Assembly (NCBI GenBank): GCA_964016885.1
Contig: OZ024749.1
Coordinates: 41,726,001-41,790,000, forward strand
Reading direction: 5' to 3'
Source: Eledone cirrhosa
Lineage: Eukaryota
DNA length: 64,000 bases
Within the stretch, counting starts at the first letter, position 1, and each line of letters begins with the position of its first letter. Below the pieces are notes generated by a model that saw only the letters and a list, made by a program, of their open reading frames with translations, did not search any database and was not told where the DNA came from. The position numbers were made by a program, and so were the translations under genes. Shown here piece after piece: positions 63,391 to 64,000 of this stretch.

Positions 63391-64000
63391 TATTATTATT
63401 TTCATTGTGTGCTGTAACTATATTATCAAGTACAACTGCGTAATATGTGGATATGTTCAGTTTTGTTTTTGCTGCTGTTGTTTCTATTGTATTGAAAGTA
63501 TTCTTCATAATATGTGTGTAGTGCCTTGTAGCGCTATTTTATGTATGTTGTATGTGTGTTAAGTCCTGTAGTTTTCCTTGTAATATGTGAAGTGCTTCTG
63601 TATGTTGATTGTTTGTGTAAGTCCCGTGGCACTCCATGTAATATGTGTGTACTACCTAGTATTGCTATTTTCTGTTGTGTGTGTGTGTAGGTCCTATGAT
63701 TTCCTATGTAATATGTGAAGTGCTTCTGTATGTTGTGTGTGTGTGTAAGTCCTGCAGTTTGCCTGAATAATCAAAACAAATATTAAAAAGCTCACATCAT
63801 CAATGTGATACCAAATACTTCTTTGTGCGAACAATGAAAACAAATCACCAATGTCAAATTATTTCTACAAACTTAGTTTAAGTTTATGGTTCATTTCTTT
63901 TTCATTTAGGATCCTATAAATGGTAGAAACGTCTCCTGCATATACACAGATGAAAATGGACAAAAAATGCAACCTGGCTAAAATCAACAAGTGTTGAATT

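Overview
AT-rich, microsatellite-dense animal genomic DNA. The SINE, MITE and RTE repertoire suggests a coleoid cephalopod, probably octopus (inference). Three spliced protein-coding genes were reconstructed by hand. (1) The first coding exon of a type II diacylglycerol kinase (DGK eta/delta-like) lies on the minus strand at 6684-6866, and the gene continues off the left edge. (2) A complete TAF6 (TFIID subunit 6) has 11 coding exons at 26397-38294 and encodes 621 aa. (3) Exons 1-8 of a divergent eIF4A DEAD-box helicase lie at 43780-62177, and the gene continues off the right edge. Its start codon appears split (AT|G) across an 11.7 kb first intron, behind a TOP/TCT-type promoter. The rest is tRNA-derived SINEs, RTE/LINE fragments, DNA-transposon MITEs and large simple or minisatellite arrays; the long low-complexity ORFs in the track are repeat artefacts. 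The most notable signals are a set of hammerhead-ribozyme motifs in palindromic, (TA)n-embedded Penelope-like repeats, the split eIF4A start codon, and substitutions in the eIF4A rocaglate-binding pocket. Exon and ribozyme coordinates were counted by hand; repeat boundaries are approximate.
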